Shown piece by piece: positions 20,844 to 29,813 of a stretch of DNA of 64,000 nt. Both the position numbers and the translations under genes were made by a program. Numbering within the stretch: position 1 is the stretch's first letter; each line of letters starts with the position of its first letter. The stretch covers positions 38,935 through 102,934 of the forward strand of contig JANMWK010000098.1 in assembly GCA_031393975.1 (NCBI GenBank). Direction: 5' to 3'. This DNA comes from Hyphomicrobiales bacterium. GTDB taxonomy: Bacteria; Pseudomonadota; Alphaproteobacteria; Rhizobiales; Aestuariivirgaceae. Under the pieces are notes generated by a model. It worked only from the letters and a program-made list of their open reading frames with translations, ran no database searches and had not been told where the DNA came from.

Positions 20844-21116
20844 AATATTCCAGTGTTTTATATCGGCAGGCATTGTGGGTAAAATTCATTCCGGGTAAGC
20901 TTTGGTATTTAACGAGAAAAGATTAGTTCGTACTGCCCGAGCTGCTTACACGCCAACTTGAATATTTGAGTACTGCGTGTTTCACACCTTTTCCTTGTTT
21001 TCCCAATTGAGTTCTTTGTTGTTCAAAGAAAAAAATAACAATCCAATCGTTCGCGTGTTTTTCGATGATGGGATGTGAGCATCGAACGATCGACGTGAAT
21101 AGCATCATTTATAGCT

Positions 21117-21338
21117 TTGAATTTGGAGAGCTACATATTCGAAAGACAACCACTATCCATTGTTCCATGCCAAGGACTACGCAAAGCTGCAGCAACAATT
21201 GCTGCAGAAAACGAAGCTTACGATCTTCAGCTCGTTGCAATTTTTGGTAGGACACGAGCTGAAATGACGACGCTCTATACTCGGCGCTCAAACCGTCAAA
21301 AACTTTCGCAAGATGCTATGCTGTTGATGTTTCCATGA
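21117..21338 (+). pseudogene. Tyrosine recombinase/integrase C-terminal remnant
   Basis: QGLRKAAATIAAE...QLVAIFG...TLYTR resembles integrase box II (HGLRK..AT..AE.G....LMAIFGW...Y) with His and Trp degenerate; adjacent to a tRNA 3' end. Confidence 0.75.
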
Positions 21339-21353
21339 ACATAAAATGAACTG

Positions 21354-21386
21354 AAAGTGTCCCACCTTTCCCAAAAAGTGTCCCAC
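21354..21386 (+). repeat. Direct repeat AAAGTGTCCCAC x2 (candidate integrase arm-type sites)
   Basis: Exact 12-mers at 21354-21365 and 21375-21386, between the integrase remnant and the tRNA. Confidence 0.6.
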
Positions 21387-21427
21387 TTTAAAAATATGCT
21401 ACCAATTTCAATGGCTAAATTTCTGAG

Positions 21428-21502
21428 TGGTGATCCCTGCGGGAGTCGAACCCGCCTTTACAACGTGAGAGGCTGTCGTCCTAACCGATAGACGAAGGGA
21501 CC
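21428..21502 (-). tRNA. tRNA-Glu (anticodon CTC)
   Basis: GGTCCCT...AGGGATC-A-CCA acceptor stem, anticodon arm ACAGC-CTCTCAC-GTTGT and GGTTCGACTCC T-arm; 75 nt. Confidence 0.95.
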
Positions 21503-21503
21503 T

Positions 21504-21605
21504 AAACGATTTGTCTTCAAATCGTCCTCAAGCGGTTTTCCTTAAAACCGCCTCTAAACGATTTGTCTTAAAATCGTCTTTTAACGGTTTTTCTTAAAAC
21601 CGTCC
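21504..21605 (-). repeat. Tandem array of four 24-nt hairpins with 26-nt period, 5' of tRNA-Glu
   Basis: Units start at 21504, 21530, 21556 and 21582; 9-10 bp stems with AAGA/AAGG loops on the minus strand. Confidence 0.85.
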
Positions 21606-22758
21606 TATTCATGGAGGATGCTATATCGGTTTGGACTGCAATAGCAAGCTTCGGACGTGGTAAGCCGCTTACGCTTCTGTTGCGCGAGGATGACCTGCCA
21701 CCAATGAGCTACGGGCGCCATGAGCTTCCATACGGCCGGCGTCAGCGCCCAGGCAAAATAACTATCAACTGCATAGTGCCAACCCAAGTGAAAAGAACCT
21801 AGAACAATCAAAAATGCATGTGCAGACAGAAGCCAGCCACAAAAACGATTAATTCGAAAACCCATAATTGCAAATAACAACGCAGACGCATTGTGCAGCG
21901 AAGGCATAGCTGAGACCGGACTAATATAGGAGTGCTGCAGGTGGCCATCCCACAGCACATTTTGGATTGAAACCGCCCATATGGGTAGTGTTTCATTTAG
22001 TTGACGGAGATAAATCATCAGTCCCTGATAAGGGTCAGGGCTCAACCCCAAGCGACCATAATAGCAGGGTCCCGCACTGGAAAATACTGTTGCCAAGACA
22101 CTGCCGCCCACCACCCAAAGGGCTATATAGCTCAAAAAAATCGCGTCCTAAGTTCTGTATCTTGTGATGCAAAACCAAAATGCACCAGCAAAGCGATCAT
22201 TGTGAAAGACCACAAATTATAATTCACATTGATCAGAAACGTGATTGGCGCATAACCCAAGAGCGCCTGCAAAATTTCCCAAGGCTGATAACCAAAATGC
22301 AGAATGCGATCAAGATTTGCAAATGTCACATCCCAGGTGTTGGGATTAAGTGTGAGAATATGACCTTGAATATCGGTAAAAATAAAGCCAATTACTGCAA
22401 CCACAATAACAATTGGGACACCGCGAACCAAACTTCGTGGAATGTCATGGAGCAGAGCTCTGATCGGGCTTTCCGGCTGCACATATCTGGCAATGTGGTA
22501 AAAACGCATCATCACCAAAACCGGCAACAAAAATGGCAGCAAGGCTAAAAACACAACCGTAACCCCGGCGATAAAATTGGCAGGGCCAATGTCAGGGCGC
22601 AAGAGATGTAGCGCTTCGTCGGCCAAACCATAGAGAGCCACTGGCCAAAGATAAATTTTATGGGCAGACAGGCTTGCGACCAACAGCTCTAAAATGCCGT
22701 CCTCAGACGTTGAAGGTTGTTCAACTCGCATCACCATTACGAAATAAAGCGCGCCCAC
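21605..22758 (-). pseudogene. PAP2-family (AUR1-like) membrane phosphotransferase split by a frameshift
   Basis: SAGPCYY, SAMPSLH and LGWHYAVD motifs; two ORFs meet at an A7 tract (22134-22140) and one extra base restores RFFLSYIA. Confidence 0.8.
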
Positions 22759-22829
22759 ATTTTAAATTTATGCAGCAGCATAATCAGTCTTCATTCATTT
22801 AGAATATGTTAAGAACTTAGTTCTCTTCT

Positions 22830-23123
22830 TTATTTTAGCGGCAGCCGTAACAGTGCCTTACCATTGGTAATATCAATCACCACAATTTCATGTGTTGATG
22901 TAATCGCAAGATGGTTCGCATCCAGCGCCATGTGCTGCACATCAGTGCCGCTGAAATTCAGTTCAACCGGCACAGGCGGCGGTGCAGGTGGTTTTCTCAG
23001 TTTGTAAAACAGTCCAACCAGGACCCCAATAAAAAGCAACACCAAAACGCCACCCATGATATAGACCAGCTTTCGCAGCCACTTGGGCGCGTCATTTACA
23101 ATAGGTTGCTCTAAATAAGACAT
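22830..23123 (-). CDS. Small single-pass membrane hypothetical protein divergent from rluD
   Basis: One TM helix (LVYIMGGVLVLLFIGVLVGLF), Pro-rich linker and beta-rich tail. Confidence 0.7.
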   Translation of the reverse strand: MSYLEQPIVNDAPKWLRKLVYIMGGVLVLLFIGVLVGLFYKLRKPPAPPPVPVELNFSGTDVQHMALDANHLAITSTHEIVVIDITNGKALLRLPLK

Positions 23124-24098
23124 ATGACTGACACTCCAACCCTTCTCACTTCGACAACCACGATTGCCATGCGCCTTGATAAATTCTTGGCGGCAAGCTT
23201 TCCTGATTTCAGCCGGGCGCGCTTTCAAAAGCTCATCGCAGATGGTTACGTCACTGTCGAGGGCCGAGTTGTGGATGATGGTGGCGAAAAATTAAAGCCC
23301 GGCCAAACCGCCACGGTTAATATCCCCCCTGCCGCCCCCGCCATTCCGCTTGCCGAAATTATTGATCTCAATATTGTTTTTGAAGACAAGCACCTCATCG
23401 TTTTAGATAAACCTGCGGGCTTGGTCGTGCATCCCGGCGCGGGCAATGAAAACGGCACCATGGTGAATGCGCTCATTGCCCATTGCGGCGATACGCTCTC
23501 AGGCATTGGTGGTGTCAAACGCCCTGGCATTGTGCACCGCTTAGATAAAGACACCAGCGGCTTATTGGTGGTGGCCAAGAACGATAAAGCCCATCATGGC
23601 CTGTCCGAGCAATTCGTGAGCCATGGATTAGATGGTCGCTTGGAACGTGAATATTTAGCCTTCGTCTGGGGCAAACCCGAACGCCGCACCGGCATGATTA
23701 CCACCGGCATTGCGAGATCAAATGCCAACCGCCAAAAAATGGCTGTATCAAATTCTGCCGTGGCAAAAGAAGCCATCACCCATTACCAAATCGAAGAGCT
23801 CTTTGAACACGCAACTTTAGTGCGTTGCCGTTTAGAAACAGGCCGCACCCATCAAATCCGCGTGCACATGGCCCATATCGGAAATCCATTGCTGGGAGAT
23901 TTAGTCTATGGCGGCGGCTTCAAAGCCTCCATCTCAAAACTTAGCGAGCCTGCAAAACTCAGTCTGAGTTACCTGAGAGGCCAAGCCCTTCATGCGACAG
24001 TGTTAGGTTTTGATCACCCCGTGAGTGGCAAACACATGCGGTTTGAGAGCCCTCTGCCACATGCTCTTGCGAGGCTAAAGGAAGATTTAAAGGTTTGA
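23124..24098 (+). CDS. rluD: RluA-family 23S rRNA pseudouridine synthase
   Basis: S4 domain RLDKFLA, DKPAGLVVHP, HRLDKDTSG and GRTHQIRVH. Confidence 0.93.
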   Translation: MTDTPTLLTSTTTIAMRLDKFLAASFPDFSRARFQKLIADGYVTVEGRVVDDGGEKLKPGQTATVNIPPAAPAIPLAEIIDLNIVFEDKHLIVLDKPAGLVVHPGAGNENGTMVNALIAHCGDTLSGIGGVKRPGIVHRLDKDTSGLLVVAKNDKAHHGLSEQFVSHGLDGRLEREYLAFVWGKPERRTGMITTGIARSNANRQKMAVSNSAVAKEAITHYQIEELFEHATLVRCRLETGRTHQIRVHMAHIGNPLLGDLVYGGGFKASISKLSEPAKLSLSYLRGQALHATVLGFDHPVSGKHMRFESPLPHALARLKEDLKV

Positions 24099-24115
24099 GT
24101 AGCCTGCAATAAACT

Positions 24116-24955
24116 TCATTCGGTTCCCATCACCAAACCTTCTATGTCATGCTTTTGCGTAATGGGTTCCAAAGTATCCACAACACGGCAGACAAGATGG
24201 TCACGAACGATTTGTGGCAATCCTTCAAAGTAATTTTTTGTCACCATCATATCATGAAGTGCCGCATGGCCAGCCCCTGGCGCATCAACGCCAATCACAA
24301 GGACGGGCCTTGCAATAGGAGAAGCATGGCGCGTGCCGCGATGCATGGTCAAGGCGGATCTGCAGGAAATATCTCCCAGCTGTGGAAATTTTCTGGCGCC
24401 TTTATCCACAAAACTCGGCCACAAGTCTTGCGCTGGAAACATTTCATGCTTCCAGCTTCGCCCATCTTGCCACTGCGTTCCCGGCGCGATTTCAAATGGG
24501 CCCATGTCAGGCGTTACATCCACACCAGTGAGATTAAAGGCCAATGAAGTTATTTTATGATGAACATAAGTGTCTTCAGGTGAAGGAAAATCCCGGTGCC
24601 AAGGTTGGTTCATGGCACCCTGGAAAGGCACGTCAAAACCAATTTCCACAATCTGATATTTCTCACCCAGTACCGCCTTGCACATTGACGTCACCCACGG
24701 GTGACTTGTTAGCTCTGCAAAACCACCAAAGTTTTCTGGATGAATTTCAACATACCAACGGCGCGGCCCACGGCCCACCGCCCCACCGGGCCTCTGGATG
24801 GCGCTCCAAAAGGCTGTCATCATATCTTCTCGCATGGCTTCAGCAAATTCCCGCGAGAACACTGCCTTACGCCCAACAATACCGTCACGTTGAAGGGTTT
24901 CCTGATCATCACGTGTATTCACATCAGGTAATTTAGACTCTTGTATAGTATCCAT
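24116..24955 (-). CDS. Phytanoyl-CoA dioxygenase (PhyH) family protein
   Basis: WHRD (HxD) and distal HRG motifs; 279 aa. Confidence 0.8.
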   Translation of the reverse strand: MDTIQESKLPDVNTRDDQETLQRDGIVGRKAVFSREFAEAMREDMMTAFWSAIQRPGGAVGRGPRRWYVEIHPENFGGFAELTSHPWVTSMCKAVLGEKYQIVEIGFDVPFQGAMNQPWHRDFPSPEDTYVHHKITSLAFNLTGVDVTPDMGPFEIAPGTQWQDGRSWKHEMFPAQDLWPSFVDKGARKFPQLGDISCRSALTMHRGTRHASPIARPVLVIGVDAPGAGHAALHDMMVTKNYFEGLPQIVRDHLVCRVVDTLEPITQKHDIEGLVMGTE

Positions 24956-25064
24956 TTCAACTCCACTCGGTGTGATAATTCTTAAATATATGGGCCATTA
25001 GAGAGAAATCCCAAAGTTTTTACTGGTTCAATCTTGTTCATTAATGGGAACATTTGACCTCAAC

Positions 25065-25439
25065 TCATTTTTTCTTGTTCACCAGCACTGCCGCGACCAC
25101 CACCGCCTTGAATGCAGCCTCATCAATTTCATCACATTCTCGAAGATCAATTGCACGTCGCGCGTTGCCTTCCAGACTGGCGTTGAACACGCCCATTGGA
25201 TCATCTACGGCAGCACCCTTCATAAACGTCAGCTTCACCACCTGCTTATAAGTCTCGCCCGTACAAATAATTCCGCCTTTTTCCCACACCGGAACGCCGC
25301 GCCATTTCCAGGTTTCCACCACATCGGGCACCGCCTGTTTGATCAACGCGCGAACATGGGCCAGCTTAACGCCGCGCCAGTCCCCCAGTTCATTAATCCG
25401 CGCATCAATCAGCGCTGATGCAGATTCATCTTTTGCCAT
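25065..25439 (-). CDS. DUF1801 (YdhG-like) protein
   Basis: LGDWRG..KWRGVPVW..ETYK.VVKLTF.KGA pattern; GGAG RBS before ATG 25439. Confidence 0.85.
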   Translation of the reverse strand: MAKDESASALIDARINELGDWRGVKLAHVRALIKQAVPDVVETWKWRGVPVWEKGGIICTGETYKQVVKLTFMKGAAVDDPMGVFNASLEGNARRAIDLRECDEIDEAAFKAVVVAAVLVNKKK

Positions 25440-26068
25440 CGTCGTCTCCTCAACCAAAATGCCATCGCGATAAGCGGCAGCCCCCACGCAATCCATGCAT
25501 CCAAAGCATAAAATGTGTAAAAATATTTAAACCCAACAATCGCCTTCCACAGTCCCAAATAAATACGAAAGAATAATGCGCCTGATGTGACCGCCGCCAA
25601 CATTAACATGCAAGCGCGGTGGGCGTCCACGCGGCCTTGGCGAATATTCCAAATGCCAAAACCCATCAACATCAGCCAAACAATCCCCTGCGTGGCAAAT
25701 CCAGCCGCAGAAATTTTGGTCACGGGGTATAGCAGTGCAACAGGTAACGCTGTCATCCCCGCAACGAGAATATCCACCGCTGCAATACGCCCTACAAATT
25801 TATGCCAACGTGTGCGACGAAAAAAGAGAGCTGTCGGCACCAGCAGCAGCGCTAATCCCCCTGTCACCATATGCACGGGGAAAATGATCGGCATCAATTC
25901 TAACTTGATAGCGAGCGTTTCCGGGAACCCTTCATTATCCCAACTTTCGGAAATACCGCGGAGCGCAACATAGGTGACAAAAATTCCAAGTGAGGCTAAG
26001 ATGCCCCAACGCCAATTCGCCACAATTGCAGGTAACACTTGTTTTTTTCGGAGGTTCACATGTTCCAT
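25409..26068 (-). CDS. DUF2306-like membrane protein
   Basis: Several TM helices with H...HKFVGR and AHRACM motifs; start uncertain (26059/26068/26077). Confidence 0.7.
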   Translation of the reverse strand: MEHVNLRKKQVLPAIVANWRWGILASLGIFVTYVALRGISESWDNEGFPETLAIKLELMPIIFPVHMVTGGLALLLVPTALFFRRTRWHKFVGRIAAVDILVAGMTALPVALLYPVTKISAAGFATQGIVWLMLMGFGIWNIRQGRVDAHRACMLMLAAVTSGALFFRIYLGLWKAIVGFKYFYTFYALDAWIAWGLPLIAMAFWLRRRRWQKMNLHQR

Positions 26069-26524
26069 CGTGCGCATATTATCTCAACAACAGCCTTTGG
26101 CCTAGCCATCAGCTTTGGCGCAAACATGGCGCTGGCTGAATCAACCCAATATTATGGACGCTGGACCGTGAGCGACGACAAGCCTGCTTATTCGTCAAAA
26201 GGCAAAGCCTACAAATCCATTGATATTGCCCCCTGCGGTGATGATTTCTGCGGCGTGGCCGTGGATGATAACAACCGCTGCGGGCCCACCCTGTTCCGAC
26301 TGCTCACCAGCCATCCTAAGACTGACGAGATTGTCGGCCACGGCCGCTGGGGATTCGACAAGAAAAAGCTGATCATTGGTTACGCCGAACCTGCCGATCA
26401 TAAAGCCTATATGTATTTAGGTCTGGGCGCTGATGACATGGACCTAGGTGGCCGCGAAGGCAGCGATCCTACTTTTGATGCAAGATATAAAAATATCGGC
26501 AAAGCGTCCTGCACTGCAAAATAA
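26060..26524 (+). CDS. Secreted hypothetical protein
   Basis: GGAGG RBS, signal peptide ending ALA and IAPCGDDFCG motif (DUF2147-like). Confidence 0.7.
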   Translation: MFHRAHIISTTAFGLAISFGANMALAESTQYYGRWTVSDDKPAYSSKGKAYKSIDIAPCGDDFCGVAVDDNNRCGPTLFRLLTSHPKTDEIVGHGRWGFDKKKLIIGYAEPADHKAYMYLGLGADDMDLGGREGSDPTFDARYKNIGKASCTAK

Positions 26525-26660
26525 CCAAATCCGCTGGAACTTAACCCGCGTAAGACAGTTATATAAACTGTGACAACATAAGATACTTTTAATTTTAAAA
26601 ACGCTTCCCATATTATCAAGGAGCGGGGCCGCCTGAAGACGGCTCGAAAGAAGGGGAACT

Positions 26661-27578
26661 ATGGCTAAGTCTATGACTGTACCGATGATTTCGGATGCTG
26701 AAGGCAGCCTCAACAAATATTTGCAGGACATCCGCAAATTTCCAATGTTAGCGCCAGACGAAGAATTTATGCTGGGTAAGCGCTGGAAAGAGCATGGCGA
26801 CACCAAAGCGGCGCACAAGCTGATCACCAGCCACCTGCGCCTAGTGGCCAAAATTGCCATGGGTTATCGCGGTTATGGCTTGCCGATTGGCGAAGTCATT
26901 TCCGAAGGCAACATTGGCCTGATGCAGGCTGTTAAGAAATTTGAGCCCGATAAAGGCTTCAAACTGGCCACCTATGCGATGTGGTGGATCAAAGCTTCTA
27001 TTCAAGAGTATGTGCTGCGCTCATGGTCGCTAGTGAAAATTGGCACCACCGCCAGCCAGAAAAAGCTGTTCTTCAACCTGCGCAAAATCAAAGGCCGCAT
27101 TCAAGCCCTAGAAGAAGGCGACTTGAAGCCAGAGAATGTAAAATATATCGCAAAAACGCTGGGTGTGGAAGAATCGGATGTGATCTCGATGAACCGCCGC
27201 ATGAGTGGTGACTCATCTTTGAACTCACCCTTACGCGCCGACGCTGATGGCGATGGTGAATGGCAAGATTGGTTGGTCGATGACAAGGACAGCCAAGAAA
27301 GTGTGTTGGCTGAAAATCAAGAAAGCCAGATGCGCAATGGGTTGCTGGGTGATGCCCTCACCAAACTGAACGACCGTGAACGCCGCGTCATCGAAGCCCG
27401 CAAACTTCAGGATGAGCCAGCAACTTTGGATGACCTCTCAAAGGAATTCAAAGTGAGTCGTGAACGCATAAGGCAGATCGAAGTGCGCGCCTTCGAAAAG
27501 CTGCAGAAGGCTGTGAAGAATGCGGCACAGAAAGCGCTGGCGCCACGCGTAAAGCAATTGGCTGGCGCTTCGGCTTAA
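26661..27578 (+). CDS. rpoH: RNA polymerase sigma factor RpoH (sigma-32)
   Basis: RpoH box QKKLFFNLR; sigma regions 2 and 4 (VSRERIRQIE). Confidence 0.97.
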   Translation: MAKSMTVPMISDAEGSLNKYLQDIRKFPMLAPDEEFMLGKRWKEHGDTKAAHKLITSHLRLVAKIAMGYRGYGLPIGEVISEGNIGLMQAVKKFEPDKGFKLATYAMWWIKASIQEYVLRSWSLVKIGTTASQKKLFFNLRKIKGRIQALEEGDLKPENVKYIAKTLGVEESDVISMNRRMSGDSSLNSPLRADADGDGEWQDWLVDDKDSQESVLAENQESQMRNGLLGDALTKLNDRERRVIEARKLQDEPATLDDLSKEFKVSRERIRQIEVRAFEKLQKAVKNAAQKALAPRVKQLAGASA

Positions 27579-27589
27579 GACATGAATAT

Positions 27590-27614
27590 CCCTCTCCCAT
27601 TTTTTGGGAGAGGG
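27590..27614. terminator. Hairpin between convergent genes
   Basis: CCCTCTCCCA-TTTTT-TGGGAGAGGG inverted repeat. Confidence 0.6.
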
Positions 27615-27620
27615 GAACTT

Positions 27621-28019
27621 TTAAGCCATATGGCGGATGACGCCTTCGCAAATGATCATCACAACAAGGCAGGCAATCCAATAGCCCGCATCAGTGGCCC
27701 GCGCATAACTAGACTTGCCGCTGAATGAATTTCCAGAATAAGCCAAAACTGTAAACGCCACTGTGGCCAAGATCACGGTGTAAAGTGCGTTCATATTTGC
27801 AGTGACCCCCACAAACCAGCTCATCAACAAAAGCCCTAGCACCTGCGTGCCCATGGCACCCATCGGCATCTCGCCAGATGATCCCATTTTAATGCCCGAA
27901 CCTTCAGCCCATTTTGTGCCGAACAATTTTGGCCCATACCACAGCCACCCCAGCAAGAACGACAACACCGCCCCAACCAAAACCGCCAGCCAACTTACCC
28001 CACTCGTAATTTCACCCAT
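27621..28019 (-). CDS. DUF1761 membrane protein
   Basis: WLAVLVGAV..LGWLWY.PKLFG..W motif; four TM helices; GGAGG RBS. Confidence 0.8.
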   Translation of the reverse strand: MGEITSGVSWLAVLVGAVLSFLLGWLWYGPKLFGTKWAEGSGIKMGSSGEMPMGAMGTQVLGLLLMSWFVGVTANMNALYTVILATVAFTVLAYSGNSFSGKSSYARATDAGYWIACLVVMIICEGVIRHMA

Positions 28020-28288
28020 AATATCCTCCTAATAAATGTTGCCAATATTTTTTCTGAACATCTTAAGACCAATTCATGACTAAGCAAGGCAACAAGGGCG
28101 AAGCACACAACAGCGTTGGGTAACTTAGCCAGTCCGCACAACAAATTAATCTGCCCAGTCAGAGCTTCCGCAACTAAACTCCCGCAATCCGCGAGTACGG
28201 ATAGTACATATTTTTTGACGACTGCATTAACCATACAACATTATTCGGCAACGGTTTGTCGGACTAGCTTGTTGGTGGATGCGTAACT

Positions 28289-29809
28289 ATGAATTTCGAT
28301 AACAAACCCATGCGCCTTATTCGCGTTTTCATTTTTTATTTTTTGCTCCTATTTTTGGGCACAACAACGGCATCCCTCGCAGCCCCCGCAAACGATAATT
28401 TATCGTCTGCCACTCTCTTGTCCGGCAGCTTTGGCGCTTTCATCGGCACCAACACACTGTCAACCAGCGAAACCTCAGAAACGCGTGTTGCAGGTTCAGG
28501 CCCCACTCGCTCGGTGTGGTATAAGTGGGTTGCACCTGCGACGGGCACAGTTGTCATGGGAACCTGCAATCCTACGGGTAACGTCAACACCAATATGGAC
28601 ACTATGATCGGTGTGTTTACTGGCAACACCATTGCCACACTGGCTTCCGTAACCAGCAATGACGACACTACAAACTGCAACTCAACAGTCAATGTTAACT
28701 ATGCCTCCACCGTTTCCTTCAACGCCACAGTTGGAACAACCTACCATATCCAAGTTGATGGCTATAATGGAGGAACAGGCACATTCAATTTTTCGTATGG
28801 CCAGCTTGGTACCAATGCGGGGATCACTGTAACGACAACAGATAACTCCGCGACTGAAGGCGGAGACACAGCGGCCTTTACCCTAGCCTTAATAGCCGTT
28901 CCGCAGAGCACCGTCACTCTCACTCTAGCAACAAGTACATTCTGCACCTATTCGCCGACCACGTTAACATTTACCACTGCCAACTGGGCAACGCCCCAAA
29001 CCATTACGGCGACTGCAGTAGATGACGCAATTGTGCAGGGCACGCACAGCTGTGCAGCCGCTGCAATAGCCGCGAGTGGTGGAAGCTATAATACTGCAAC
29101 TGCTTCAACTCCGGTGCTGACAATTATTGACAATGACGTAGCCGCTTTCACCATCGCCAAATCCGTCAATCAAACAAATATTAGCGCGCGTGTGACCCTC
29201 AGCTATCAGATCACCGTCACAAACACCGGAACGATTGCCCTCACCTCTCCCGCCCTTACTGACACCCTGGCACAAGGATCCGCACTCACACTCACCACTG
29301 GACCCACTCTCACATCAGGTGATGTGGCGCCATTAGGGACACTTAATGTTGGGGAAGCTTGGGTTTACACGGCCACCTATACTGTCACCCAAGCCAACCT
29401 GAACAAGGGCGCATCAATTACCAACCAAGCCAGCTTTTCAACCACCCAAACACCGCTACAGAATTCGAACACTGTAATAACCTCAATCACCACCCAGCCT
29501 GTCCTCATGATTGAGAAAACGCCAAACACGTCAGGCCCTATGTCCTCCGGCGGAACGGTCACCTATACCTATAAAGTGACCAATACAGGCAATGTGTCAA
29601 TTGCTGGTATTTCCATTAATGACATCTACAATGGCAGCGGCACGTTGAATGGACCAAACACTGAAACCTTGTTCTTGGATATTGCGCCATCGGGTGATTC
29701 CACAGATGCTTCGATCAATGGCACTTGGGACATGCTGGCCCCAGGCGATGCAATAACCTTTAAATCTTCATATGTTGTTACGCAACATGATGTCGACTTC
29801 TTGCAGTAA
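28289..29809 (+). CDS. Secreted Thr-rich Ig-like repeat protein (PPC-like plus DUF11-type domains)
   Basis: Signal peptide, PANDN..SVWY..YHIQVDG module, LTFT..NW..PQT module and two Y.(I/Y).VTNTG repeats. Confidence 0.75.
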   Translation: MNFDNKPMRLIRVFIFYFLLLFLGTTTASLAAPANDNLSSATLLSGSFGAFIGTNTLSTSETSETRVAGSGPTRSVWYKWVAPATGTVVMGTCNPTGNVNTNMDTMIGVFTGNTIATLASVTSNDDTTNCNSTVNVNYASTVSFNATVGTTYHIQVDGYNGGTGTFNFSYGQLGTNAGITVTTTDNSATEGGDTAAFTLALIAVPQSTVTLTLATSTFCTYSPTTLTFTTANWATPQTITATAVDDAIVQGTHSCAAAAIAASGGSYNTATASTPVLTIIDNDVAAFTIAKSVNQTNISARVTLSYQITVTNTGTIALTSPALTDTLAQGSALTLTTGPTLTSGDVAPLGTLNVGEAWVYTATYTVTQANLNKGASITNQASFSTTQTPLQNSNTVITSITTQPVLMIEKTPNTSGPMSSGGTVTYTYKVTNTGNVSIAGISINDIYNGSGTLNGPNTETLFLDIAPSGDSTDASINGTWDMLAPGDAITFKSSYVVTQHDVDFLQ

Positions 29810-29813
29810 AGTT

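Noticed and set aside
20700-21110. Short ORFs in the AT-rich gap left of the integrase remnant
   Set aside because: No recognisable family or RBS; probably decayed island DNA
21504-21605. CRISPR array or type III antitoxin repeats
   Set aside because: Linkers are only 2 nt with no unique spacers; no cas gene or downstream toxin gene; the array leads into a tRNA
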